Assembly: GCA_047495785.1 (NCBI GenBank) | Contig: JBLDXI010000017.1 | Location: 1 to 64,000, forward strand | Origin: Lepidodermella squamata | Lineage: Eukaryota > Animalia > Gastrotricha | DNA length: 64,000 nt | Direction of reading: 5' to 3' | In this document: piece after piece, positions 23,617 through 35,861 of the stretch | Layout of the letters: each line of letters starts with the position of its first letter | How positions within the stretch are numbered: the first letter of the stretch is position 1 | Made by a program: the position numbers and the translations under genes | The notes under the pieces: model-generated | The model's database searches: none | What the model saw: only the letters and a program-made list of their open reading frames with translations | What the model was told of the DNA's origin: nothing

Positions 23617-26600
23617 TCAGAGCTTCTTGAACATTTCGTCATAAGTGGTTCTCAGATTTCTGTAAAAGCAAACTTTGAAATTGAATAAAACTAAACCTGA
23701 CATATTGACATACTCAGCTATTGCCCCTTTGCCTTTGGCTTCCAAAGCATGTAGAAAAATCAGGAAGTTAGCATGGGACTTGCCGACATGATTTGTCAGT
23801 AGGTGACTAGTTCGACGATCGTCTGGCAACTGGGATCAGAAAAGTTATATAAAATGAACACGAGAACACCAAAAGCTCACTCACATCATCTAAAACTTTC
23901 AGCTCGTTTATGCTTAGAATTCCGGAATTCGTGAGGTCATCGTGTAAAATATCGTGTACCCGTAACACTATCAGTGAACTCATGGCAGCTCCGATAGTTT
24001 GATCGACTGCTTTCTTTACCTTTGCTTGCAATGCTAGCGATTGGAGACCAGTCACTGTAGGCTCTTCGTTCAGCATTCTGTCTGCCTCCACATTATAGGG
24101 TTGATCAGTCGCGACAGCAGTTTCAGCAGCCAGTTGATAGGCATTTTGATTTGCGGCTGCTATATTTCTACTATTCACTCCCAATGGATCAGGTAAAATG
24201 TTATTAGAGCTATCTGGTTCGTCTCCCGATTGTAGTGTCAATAAGTTATTTCCAGCGCCGGGTGCCATCGCAGAGTCATTTTGTGGCCCGAGGAAAGCCA
24301 TCGCTTCAGGCATAGGAAGATATTTTCTCGAAAATGTATTGCCGTTGATCCGTCTGATTGAAAAATTGAAGACGAAGCATATTGTTACGAACATGTACAT
24401 AACTGCCGTAGATATAAACCGTTGATCCAGAGGTCTGCTCAGCACGCCCCAATATAAACCAGCAAAATATTCAAATGCCAAGCCGATAGCTGCAGATTGA
24501 GAAGTGGACACAATCAACCATTGATCCCAACTGCTAGCATCTGGTTAGAGAAGTAATTAATTATATTCGATGTGTGAAAATTGGAAAATTGCGAACCGAT
24601 AATGCTTAACAATATGAAGACCGACACGTAAAACGGCCAAAGAATCAGGCCCCACGACTCAGCACTCCATGTTGTGATGTCGCAGTAATCGACGAAATCG
24701 TCACAAATAACTGTCCTGAAGTAATTTAGGTGTTGAGCCTTGAAAAACTCAAGCTCTTCGCGATCTCTCCGGAGCCGCTGATACAGCTCATGATTCGTTA
24801 TCCGTTTATGTTGCACCGTTATTACCAAAGCTATCAAATGATGAATCATTGGATATGGAAGCTTTTTAATCACATAGAATTGAATTTACCTTTAGATCCT
24901 TTCCACCACAATAAATCATGCTGAAAGTTGTATAGATATCTGAAATTGGTCAAATTTCAAATCATATTTCTTTTTTCAGAGAGCGTGGAAGGATTTCTAC
25001 AGGTTAATGGGAGCCTTACCCAGATTGATGATACTCGCATACTTCGTCATGGGACCAGAAATGATGAAAGGCTTCATCCGCAGGAAACGAGATATCAGAA
25101 TAATTACAGGCTCTGCATTCTGTAAGAAAATTTATATGCTGGATAAATTGAAGAAAAGTGAGAAAATAACCGGGAGGATCTGTGATGGTGCACTCCTCAA
25201 TTTTCCCACTGTTTATAGTACAGCAAGATGAGTCGACCCATGAGCGTACCGTGTTGAAGCCACTGTATGAAACACGTGATGAAGTAACGCTGCCATTTCG
25301 ATAAGCTTGCGATTGAAGAATGTCCAGCAGCGAATTCTGCGCACAGCCTGGCAGATTGCAAATTCTATCGATTACTGCCCGTGAATCGACCCCAGTTTGT
25401 GGAAAGATGAAAATACGGCGGAATTGACCCAAACCGGGGAAGTATTTGTCCAACGTGCTATCGTACTTGCTCAATTCCTAAATGAAGTGAGTATGTAACA
25501 AGAAAAGTCATGCCTGCCAGAACAAACATTTCCGAAGTATGACAATTGATCACCGTGTATATCGCGTTTCATAATTGGCAGAAGAACGACGATAGGAAGG
25601 GCGAGTAGTAAAAACAAAACCAGTATAACGCCCGCTGGTATTCTTGGCTTTCTCGTGCCCTGGCTGGCCCCAGATCGAGCATAGTATGACAGTTTTATAA
25701 AAGGTAGAGAAAAATCATGGTGCTTCGCGGCCTTGAGCACAAAAATGAATAGAATTTGGCGTAGCATCAACACAGGTAGATCAATCAATAGCTCTACATC
25801 TTTGATCACATCCAGAATTCGGCCTACCTCCACCATGAATGAGAATTATTTTAGAAATGTATGAAAAATAGACTCACAAATCAAAGCCATTGAAGTAACA
25901 ATAGTGAGACTTCGACATGGCGCCGTAACGTGACGACTCGCAAGATACTGCCATATGTCCCAATCAGCTGGGCAAATTAATGCAGCTTCCCGCTTATCGC
26001 ATGGATTCTTCGACTTGAACATCAGTTCAATTATCACATAAAACGTGAAGCCGGCCATGACAATTAAAGAAATGATTGTTCCAGTATGGATATTTTGTTG
26101 GTTGCCCCTCAAAAGTCCATTCATCTTGGGTATAAGTTGAATTATGTCCAGAACAAATACGAAGGTCACCGCCATTGCCAAGATACTTTTTTGCCACCGA
26201 GAGCGCTTCTTGCAGTCATGTCGAATTAACCAAATAACAAACCACAGTAAAATAATTAGCCCAACAGATATCAACACAATTGCCGCTATCAAAACAGCTC
26301 GTAAGGATGCTTCCAGAGAAGTATCAGCTTCTTTTGGCTGTCACAACTACAAGTCATAATGCCATAAAAGAAGGTTGAATAGTAACATGCCTCACTCCCG
26401 TGAGTGCGGATATCGAAAGTTTTGAACTTCCAAACATCCAGTTGACTCCGAAGCACATTGAGCCACTCCTGTGCGTGCGATTCCTGTTTGTTCGCTAGTT
26501 TTATGGTCAATCGCATCATTTTCGCATTAATTGGAGAATAAATCTGCTCAGGGAACACCACATGTGGGAAGTCAGACAAGCATTCCGGTGAATTTGCGAA

Positions 26601-28151
26601 TCTATAAATCACGTCGAAAGGATAGTCGAGGTAAAAGGCGGGACTCACAGTTTGCGGCAATTTTGAATGTATCGCCTCAAGTCCGATGATGAACAGATTT
26701 CTTCGAGTTTTGTTTGATTATTTTGAAAATAACTCATCGGGCCCTCGAAAAAGCATTTGTTTCTTGCTTTCGATTGGAGGCATAATGACTGCAATGTCAC
26801 ATAGCTTCCGCCCGGATTAAACGTAACCTCCGAGATCTTCGCTGACTGAAGTTCGTGAAGCTGTAAGTTAATTCATAGAGTTCGAGTTTTGGCAGAGCAA
26901 TTATAATTTGTACCTCTTTGAACAAGTCGCAATCCTTCGCGTCAGGTTTAGCCTCTAGTATGATGCTATAAGAAATTGGAGCAGTCCTAAGCAAGGAAAA
27001 ACGTCATCTAGGGTTTAAAGGCTGTGCCGGTAACTTGCTTATCTATCGTCTCCATCACATCGCGGCAAAAGCCCGGAGCCGAAAGTAAATTAGTATTGCC
27101 AACAAAATAAATGGTTATCATTGCAAGTATGCAGAAGCTGTTCAATTTGGCAATCGCACGTTGTTGTTTGGTCAAGGTTTTTTCTTTACCATCGGGCCTA
27201 AAAGCTGGCCTTCGAGCAGATTTTCGCCTATTAACGTAAATTATCCATGCAAATATAGATCTGAGGGCCGGTAGAATGGGTGGAACCATAGCCACTACAA
27301 TAGTCCATCGTTCGTCGGAAGACCCCGTCTCAGCCCACTTCAAACTGCGTTCGACACACTCGGATCTATTGCGACAGTCAGTGCATAGCGCTGTTGAAGA
27401 ATCGCATTTTTCCGGCGGGTTGTGCTGTGGCTCTCTCAATAATTCAACAGGATCGCTGACCATGCATTCAGCTGAGAGGTTAGAAGAGGGTCCAACGATG
27501 CAAAATTTGAAGTCCTTGTAGGTTATCCAAGTGCTGACGATGTTTAAAAGACATTGCGCATCGCACGATGATTTCTCAACCGAGCCGTTCCGCTCATTGC
27601 CGCTCATTGCCTTCAAGGTGTCAATGACAAGAGAATTAGATATCGGATCGTACCCATCTTCACAGGAAACTTTGATTGCCGCTGCATACTCTTCGGCGAT
27701 GACGACCGAATAGCTGTTAGACGTCCTCTTAATGAATAGCGCTTGATCGGCAGAGCAATGTATCTCGCACATCAACTGATTGAGAGCGTTAACGCACGAC
27801 GGTGAACGTTGAAATGTTGCTTCGATTCTTTCAAAAACAACTGGTAAGTTGTCTGCGATATCTTTGTTCGAACAGCAAGGGAAACCATCTTTTCCAGCTC
27901 GACCTAATTGCATGAAGAAATTGAAGTGATATCTGCTGAAATCTCTGCGAGCTTACATTTCCTATCGCGAAGATACTCAAGGCTTTCTTCATAGATCGAT
28001 TCTCGCGAGTTGAAATAGCAGCTTTGAGTGAAAGAGTAACAAATTTGCAGAAGCAAAATCTATTACATCAAAATGAATGTAATGGCAATTGTGTTTGTTA
28101 CAATTGATATACCATAGTAACTGCAGTTATCCATTTCGGCTTGTCATCCAT
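23617..28151 (-). CDS. Divergent NPC1-like polytopic membrane protein with C-terminal CARD-like domain (multi-exon)
   Basis: NTD motif CCSNKD..RSPSCVNALNQLMCEIHCSADQ, ALCTDC; hydrophobic SSD-region segments (25471-26292); C-terminal lumenal motifs ICNLPGCAQNSLLDIL and SWVDSSCC (cf. NPC1 VCGGMGCNNDSLVQQI, QSSCC). Intron 24541-24596 joins the last TM exons in frame to the linker and CARD exons (ending 23885, 23829-23714, 23659-23617). The 13-codon first exon matches paralogue 1. Confidence 0.75.
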
Positions 28152-28641
28152 GTGAAAAGCAAAGTGATCAACGAAATCAAACGTGGCGATAGATCAACTC
28201 AGTGTATACATCAAATGAATGCACTTATCGTCAATAATTTATATTCTACTTTTTAGCATTGTGAAAAACCTCGAAAAAACAAAAGAAAATTGGGCATCCG
28301 ATGCCTGATGATATTTCAGCTTAACTATGGTACCCACTTATATGGTTCGCAAGTCTTAACGGTTCCATTCGCTTCGGATGTGAATGAAGTATTTCTGGCA
28401 CCGGTATGACTTTCGCCCATATATAAAGGAATACGCGTACAAACAGCTGGCTACAGTGTATTCATATTAAATATGATGATTTATTATCTTCAACAATGAC
28501 TACCACGCAGCTTTGCCGGAGATAATGTCCAGTGTAGCAAAGATAGGGCTCGCCTTATCTTTCCTACTGGGTCCTCGTCATGTTTGCTTTGGCGATTTCG
28601 GTGAATCATTATTAATTATTAACACCTTACAAATTCATAAT

Positions 28642-30420
28642 TTATTTCGATTTATAACATAAGTATTGCTTTGTGTTAAGTCCGTAATTCTCACTCTTCG
28701 CAGCAGTGCCAACTTGTCCCACGAATAGCCGAGTGTATCCCGACCTGCAATCCGGGCTGTTTGAGGCAAATGGATTATTAACCGTAAATTCCAGATCGGC
28801 CGTGTTGGAACAGCTACCGTCTATACATTGAAAGCCGCCGTCAATTAGTTTATTGGCCTTGTTGAGGCAGATAACAAACTCCCAAGCTATGTACTTTCCG
28901 AAGACGTAGGGCTCGGTATCTCCTAAGCAAATTTGATTTCCAGTGTACGGATTGGCGCTATCTACCTGCATGTATCCTCCAAAGTAGCCTTCCATGCAAG
29001 ATTTCAAGTCCGACCCCTCACAGCCGCGAGCCTTTATGAAATCCTGCCCTAAAGCACTATTATAGCGAACAAAAGCACCTCCTGTTACATCCTTGTCATG
29101 TAGCGTGATAGGCATGCAAATTTGATTGCTTACAAAACACGTATCAGACGAATCAGGGAATATCCATCGACTTGAAGCAAATTGTGCTGCTTTGAACTTA
29201 TCCGGACAACTGAATCGATTTCGACTGAGAGAAAGCTTATTCATAACATTGGGGTATCTGGACTCGCACATCGACTTTTGGAACATCCCCCCGAAAATTG
29301 CCGTTACATTCACGGGGTTGCAGTCTTCAGCACGATCCTCGGATATCAAACAACCATTCTTAAGAACACGTTCAAAAACATGTTTCTTGGCTTCAATGTC
29401 CTGAATATTAGGAAATAGGCGCTTGCTCAGGAGAGTACTGATAGGTAAGACCTTTTTGATGACTGGAAAAGGGTCCTTAACCGTTTCAGAGTACCAGGAT
29501 TCAGCATTCAACAAGCATACATCCAAATTATCCGCAACTCCCTCTGATCGAAAATCAATGGCATTTGTTCCCGTGCATTCACATTTGTTCCTATTAAGCC
29601 GATCGGCCAGCTTGAAGGCTGGAGATCCTAACTCAATAGCTTCTAGCCATTGTTGCTCGTTATATGAACACTTGACGCCAAATACACTCCCGAGAACGAG
29701 GCCTGTGACGACATGAAAGCCGTAATCTTCTCTGAATTTTCGGTAAGCAGCCTTTTCGTCTTTCTTGTCTAATTTTGTTGGGAGGTTTGTAACTCTGTCC
29801 ATGAATTGCCGATTTAATCTGACGCTAGAAAGTAGATCCAAATCTGCACAATAGGTCTGGCAAATAGAGTAGGCGATTAGCTCGTGGCCTCGAAATAGCT
29901 CGTATTCCTTTGGTATTCCAAATTTGAATGTGGTCAAAGGTTCCGGGTAGGTTGGGTCGATCATTTCAATAAATTTAGCCGCAAAATTAAAGTAACTAGT
30001 TTCATTCTTTATAAGAGCTGGGCGAAATCGTTTGTCACAAAGTTTGCAGTCGTGGATCGACACGCCTTCGTATGCGTTTTGTAGATTCGCAGAACTCCTT
30101 AGTTTGATTTCAACGACCCTTAGGCGCCGGAAGCCTCCGTCTATGCTGGAGCCGCGGAGAAATGTGTCTGCTGATGCGACGTGGTAGCCAGTTCCCAATG
30201 CTTCAGCCATGCGTTTGAGTCTCCTCTCCACCTCAATTGGGCCAATTGTGGTCGTACTCGTAACCGGCCGAGCGGTTGAAGTGCTGCTAGCTTTCAGTCC
30301 ATCTAGCAGTCTCGCATACTCCTGTGCTCTACGATTGCTCTCATTTCTTTCTTCAGATCCGACGATTGAGGGTAAGCTTACTAGCAGAGTAATGGCTGCA
30401 AATGTAAAAAGCATGTTCAT
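28642..30420 (-). CDS. MPEG1/perforin-2-like secreted MACPF protein, 592 aa, no C-terminal TM
   Basis: Signal peptide; LGTGYH..IDGGFRR and FREDYGFHVVTGLVLG MACPF motifs; P2-domain-like repeats FGGMFQ..C, YFGGY..NPYTGNQIC, NNPF..CRSGY. Confidence 0.8.
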   Translation of the reverse strand: MNMLFTFAAITLLVSLPSIVGSEERNESNRRAQEYARLLDGLKASSTSTARPVTSTTTIGPIEVERRLKRMAEALGTGYHVASADTFLRGSSIDGGFRRLRVVEIKLRSSANLQNAYEGVSIHDCKLCDKRFRPALIKNETSYFNFAAKFIEMIDPTYPEPLTTFKFGIPKEYELFRGHELIAYSICQTYCADLDLLSSVRLNRQFMDRVTNLPTKLDKKDEKAAYRKFREDYGFHVVTGLVLGSVFGVKCSYNEQQWLEAIELGSPAFKLADRLNRNKCECTGTNAIDFRSEGVADNLDVCLLNAESWYSETVKDPFPVIKKVLPISTLLSKRLFPNIQDIEAKKHVFERVLKNGCLISEDRAEDCNPVNVTAIFGGMFQKSMCESRYPNVMNKLSLSRNRFSCPDKFKAAQFASSRWIFPDSSDTCFVSNQICMPITLHDKDVTGGAFVRYNSALGQDFIKARGCEGSDLKSCMEGYFGGYMQVDSANPYTGNQICLGDTEPYVFGKYIAWEFVICLNKANKLIDGGFQCIDGSCSNTADLEFTVNNPFASNSPDCRSGYTRLFVGQVGTAAKSENYGLNTKQYLCYKSK

Positions 30421-30801
30421 TGTGGATGTGGAATTGTGTTTAGTGGATGAATGCTGAACATGGATTTATTCATGCGGGACAATTGTTGAACTTCTCCCCT
30501 GTAAAAACTCCCTTGTACTCGCCAACAGGCCTGTTTACATCAAAAATCCACACATGAGGTACCAAGAATGATCTCTTGGCACATCCCGGAAAGAGCATTC
30601 TCAATGCGTACTTGTTTTCACATTCCCAATGATATTACATGGAAAAAAGCGTTATCGCCGGCAGGATTTATTTGCTCGAGGACGGAGATAACTTATTAGC
30701 TTATTATCAAAATTGACAAGTAACATCATCATTTCTCTTGAATTCAGAATTGATTGTTTAAAAAGGTGGTCGAAAAGCGACGAAGATACTTTTTGAGAGA
30801 C

Positions 30802-31507
30802 ATGAATGATATATTTTTACTTTTAGTATTAGTCTGCCTCACTGTATGCACTGTTTCAACAGAATCAGAGCCTGTAGCCCCGAAAGTCAGAAGCTGCTAT
30901 TACTGTAACCCAGCATCCGAGAACTGTACAAACCCGGCAATTAAATTGCTCACCAAGAAATGCGATCCTCACGAGGGCTTCGGATGTGCCATTTCTAAGC
31001 TCAAGTAAGACTGGACAGGATTTCAAATTCCATGATAACCTATGCTTTCATTTTCTTAGCGGAGGAAGATTTTGTGCAACTCTATATGAGACGAAAAATT
31101 CGAAGAATTGCGTTTTTTGTGACCAAGACGACTGTAATGGACGCGGAGGGCGGATTTTGGTGAGAGCTCTACAACTGGCAGTTCAAAAAATCAAAACAAC
31201 TCAAGTGATGACACAAGCTGAGTCTGCAGCTGCGATCTCATACCAAGATAAACCATTAGCTGAGGGCATGGAAAACAAGTCTTCGATTTCCAATGACCCA
31301 GAACTTCGCGACGATCGTCTAATCAAGATTTTGTTCCTATCAATTGTAGTGGTCGCTGTGGTAGCCGTCATAGCAGCGATCCCCATTTACATTTTTTGCA
31401 AAAGACGGAAACATAATAATATAAGGAGCAGGGGTCCAAGTGAATCGGAACGAGACAACAGCCCAAAGCTGAAGCCAACAGAAGATGACGCATTCACTTT
31501 TCCTTAA
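30802..31507 (+). CDS. Ly6/uPAR (LU, three-finger)-like type I membrane protein; exons 30802-31004, 31060-31507
   Basis: Signal peptide; RSCYYC...C...C...C...C...CVFCDQDDCN ending in the CxxDxCN signature; TM ILFLSIVVVAVVAVIAAIPIYIFC then basic KRRK; 55-nt GT-AG intron keeps frame. Confidence 0.7.
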
Positions 31508-31809
31508 GCCAGCATATATGGAAACTGAGAAACTGACATCGAAACATTGCAGTATTTTTCGTACAATTTGAAACTAAAATACTCATCAAGTTCATAAAAA
31601 AAAATGCCATAATCGTTATCGACAGACTTTATTACATGCAAACATGTGTCGCTGTGGCTCGTTGCAGATCAATCCGATTCAAAATCGAAAGGATGCACAA
31701 AAAGCCGATCTATATTAGCAAAGGAGAAGCTATTTGCGTAACATCGATAACTAAATTATACGCCGTGAGTTGTATCTGATCACGGTTTTTGCAGGTTCGT
31801 ATAGACTTG

Positions 31810-32652
31810 TCAGACGTACCATTCTCGGAAAAGGCCATTATCAGCCGTTTTCTTGTTCTCAGGCGAATCACCGCCATTCGACGAGCTAGAACTGTTAACG
31901 AGAGGAACAGGCTGCCAAATTTTAGTCGGGGTCGATAATTGGCTTGAAATGCTGGCGACAGCACATCCTTGGCTGATGATAACAGGGGTATAGCCATGAT
32001 GGCTGGGTTTGATTTTAACATTCTCCGATCTTAGCAGGGTGATATTCGGGCTCGGGATCAGCCCAGCAATTCTCCGACCATTCGCTTCATCCTCCTCGGC
32101 GTATGCTTTTGAATTTCCGTTATGTTTATTGAAAGAGTTAGTTCTAGTTCGAGATCGAGGCGAGTTGTTTGACGATGGCAGCAAGGCCGTCCGGCCACTT
32201 GTGTGGCTACTTGCGCTGTAGCTGTGCCGATGTCTCGAAAGATCAGCAAAGTTATTATTCGGGTGATTTGGCAAGAAACGAGTGGCTGCTCTGTCCAATT
32301 GCTTGGCCCGCCATCTTGTACAAATTATCGCTGTTCCGGCGACTAAGGCTAGTGATAGCAGTCCAGCTGAGACTAGCATCAATATCGAGGCGAGGGAGAA
32401 AGCGGCTGATAGTTCTTGTTGGCCAATAGCGAACGTATCGCCGACTATTTCAACTGATGAAGACGTAGTAGAAGCGGTGTTAGATACTAGCGTAGAAGAT
32501 AACGAGATAGGCATCACAGGCGTTGGGGTTGCTGTCGATGTGAGTAACCGTCGAGCCACTTGCGTTGATAAGGTGGATGTCATAAAATAGCCGACATTTC
32601 GAATCGTTGTCGCCCTCGCTCGACGAGGTGAGGCGCTCATTTTTTCAGTCAT
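31810..32652 (-). CDS. Single-pass membrane protein, Ser/Thr-rich, function unknown
   Basis: 280-aa ORF with one long hydrophobic stretch (FSLASILMLVSAGLLSLALVAGTAIIC) followed by basic residues; no recognisable domain. Confidence 0.5.
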   Translation of the reverse strand: MTEKMSASPRRARATTIRNVGYFMTSTLSTQVARRLLTSTATPTPVMPISLSSTLVSNTASTTSSSVEIVGDTFAIGQQELSAAFSLASILMLVSAGLLSLALVAGTAIICTRWRAKQLDRAATRFLPNHPNNNFADLSRHRHSYSASSHTSGRTALLPSSNNSPRSRTRTNSFNKHNGNSKAYAEEDEANGRRIAGLIPSPNITLLRSENVKIKPSHHGYTPVIISQGCAVASISSQLSTPTKIWQPVPLVNSSSSSNGGDSPENKKTADNGLFREWYV

Positions 32653-35600
32653 CGTCGGTCACAGACCATAATTTTTAATTAAGCAGGCCTAAAATTGAAC
32701 AATAGAATAGATAGAGGTGTTTGGAAATTCGCTCTTTTACAAGCAATCGATTGTCAAGAGTACAAGCGTATTTTTTACTCAATATTCAGGCGCGAAATAA
32801 GAGAACGTGGCTCGAATAATATTTACATTGATCTTAAAATAAATTGTATGCAATTTTTAATTTGTATCGAGTTGAGCGGGTTCATTTTTCATATCACTAT
32901 GTTGGCGCCTCCGGTTTTTTTCACTGAAATAACTTGACCGTAAAATTGTGTCGTTATCATTTTTTTCATAACCACGTGGCAAGAGACACTGTGGTGAAAA
33001 AATTGAATTATACCCATGCGCAGTGAGATGAATGAAGGCGAACGCATTGTTTCATTTGAAAGATCCATACCTATTATCTAACCTACATAAGTCGATGAAG
33101 CGTGAAAATTCCCACGATGAGTTCAAGTTTTGAGCATTGCAAAAGTGTAAAAATAGATTCACAGTATCCCTCTGGAAAATGCAGTAAATTGAGTCTAAAA
33201 AATGGGAAGTGCCTCTGAAAGGCATTAGTCAGTATTTATAGTAATCCACTTTATGCGAGAGAAATATATGTTTTATTGTAGATTTTTATTGGCTTAAAAC
33301 ATATAGTCACTCGCTCACTCCCGCTCGCTTGCTCTCGCGCTTATTCGCGCACAACAATAGCCGCGCGTCTAACAATAAAATGATATATGTGTGTCCGGCG
33401 CGCCGATCGCCGGGCGGGCCAAAGAAAGTTGTGCGTCTCGCTCGCTCATCACACGCTTTGTGCTATTTCAGCGTTATTTTTCGCGTTTTACCCATGTATT
33501 ATTGTTATTAAAGGCAACAATAATACGACGAAGCGTGCGGCACAGAGCGCTTTTCTTAAGGCAGTAGCCGCAGCGCGGCGACAAAACTTGCGGCTTAATA
33601 AAATAATCTCGTAAAAATGATTATTACTAATATTCTTAGCGTCCATTGATACGTAATGCTATAATATTCACACACGCATTTTGTAAATTGTAAATATTTG
33701 ACAAAAGATGCATGCTTGTGACCAGAGAGCAAGAAAGCAAGCTGCTCGGCTTATTTCCGCTTTTGATGCGTAGAAATACTACAAAATAAATATTGCCAGC
33801 TTAAGACGTTTTCTGCGAGCTAAACATCCGCCTTTTTACTATTCGAGTGTCCAATAAACAAAACACGGGTCAGACTAGCCGGGGGCAAACTTGTCGCGAA
33901 CGTTTGATTCACAGAATGGCATATAAAGTGACGTTTGTAATCTTAATATCAGGCATTTTTGGGAATCAAGCACGACACGGGCTTCCTGCGACTGCGACTC
34001 AAAAGTTTCCGGAAAAACTTTGAGACGGGTGACGTATGACAACATGTAAGCGCATAATGCAATCCTAAGCCAGTTGAAGACACAAGAAACTGACAATAGC
34101 GGAAACGATGGCTAGACGATGGCTAGAAACGAAGGTTGAAGAAGACAACGCAAGGAAGTCCGCGGTGCGAATCCATCAAATCCAGAGACTTTCGGAGAAA
34201 GAAATGATCGGACCAATAAGATTAATAAATTCGGAAAAGTGTTTAATAAAGAACTGAAGATGCCCCTACTTCGGGCGTCAACAAGCACCGCCGGCTTAAT
34301 ATCATAAAATTCGCCCAAATTACGCGCCGATTTATCATATATATGATGCAAAATAAGGCTCGCGAAAAATGATAACTTTTATTTACTCGAGTTTCAGTTT
34401 ATTACTGGTATATATTTTTTTAATATAATGTAATGAACTGGCTGACTGATGAAAATTGAGCGCGCGGCGTTGCTGGGCTGTGCATAAATAAACAAATTCG
34501 CGGAGCTACTTATTTAGTCCAGCATCCATCTTCGTTTTTATCGCAGGTATGCAATAATGGAGCACTTTCCGCTGCTGATGAAGGCAAAAAAAATTGATCG
34601 TGACGTGTTGTTTACGCGTGCCTTTGAGTTCCTGCGCGTTGCTCAGGATATGACTACTACTGTTTTATTAACAAACTCCCACCGTCTTAATGCGCGAGGC
34701 TAATGCCGTTTAGACACGACACGTCTGGCCTTTATAAAATGTAGAACTGTCCCGAGTGTCAAAATCAAGGAGAAGTAAACCGAGATGGGATAAGCGATGT
34801 CACGTCATGCTGATAAGGAAGCCTCCAGTCCTGTCGCCATATCCTTCTTCACGAATTTCGCCGGGTTTTCAATGGTTTCGAATTTCAGCTGAAAGATGAA
34901 GGCTCAGTGAGAACAATAAAATTCGAACTCTGAGGGGGCATTTTTTTGCAACACTCAGCCGGAAAGTGAATTGATTCTAGCGGCTTTCTTATGACGAAAT
35001 CTAGGTTGTAATGACCGCGCCGGAAAAGGTATGATGGTATCGCCAAGGGATGCGACACACGGCACTCACCAGTGCGCACTTTTTATTCATTACGCATTCG
35101 CAGTGGTGCGCAAAAAATCGCGGTATTTTTTTCTTGTGCGATTTAGCCAAGCTAATTTCATCACGAGCGGTGTATTGATTGGTGCGACTAAAAGTGGGTC
35201 CGTGATTTGATCATCAGCTCTCGCTTTTATCGGCCCATCATCATTCAGTTCGTTCCTACGCTATACGTACTCTCTTGATAGTGTGAAACGATTATCGGGG
35301 GCGAAAACGGAAAACGGGGGATTGAATGTTTAGGATTGACATGCTGCCAAAATGCCGCCGGTTTGGATCGGCACAACAATAGATTCTGCTGATCATTGTT
35401 TAGAAACTTTTTATAGCTCATTCAATTGTCTTTCATCCTGGCGAGAAAAACCCGCGGTTTAGTGTAGTGAACTGTTCATCTCAGGCTTAACTTTGGCGAA
35501 TAAAGTCGGAAAACATGACGACATCTGAATATGAGAGCGTTACCTTGTGGGCCGATGGTGGGCGAAAGAAAAGGAGCTCAGCTGATCAAACATTCAGATA

Positions 35601-35672
35601 TACCCATATTATGAGAAGCATTCAAAGAATTGTAAAAACGCAGGGCCTATATTTTATATTAAGCGAAAAACC

Positions 35673-35861
35673 ATGAATTACAGATTTTCAAACCAGCTGA
35701 TCTTAGCGCTTATCTTGATGATGAGCTTGATTTCAGCGATCATTTGCTCTACAGATGCTGATGATTTGTTCGAGCCCTACTACGAAGTGGAAATCACAGA
35801 TGGCTTGCCACTGGATCTCTCAAGCGTCCAGCCGTATAAATACTACACTCTAGCTGGATGA
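35673..35861 (+). CDS. Small secreted peptide 1 (62 aa)
   Basis: Signal peptide; acidic mature part with YYEVEITDGLPL; paralogue at 36220. Confidence 0.5.
   Translation: MNYRFSNQLILALILMMSLISAIICSTDADDLFEPYYEVEITDGLPLDLSSVQPYKYYTLAG

Noticed and set aside
33300-35300. CpG-rich stretch with short ORFs
   Set aside because: No terminal repeats, coding motif or RNA structure that I can support.
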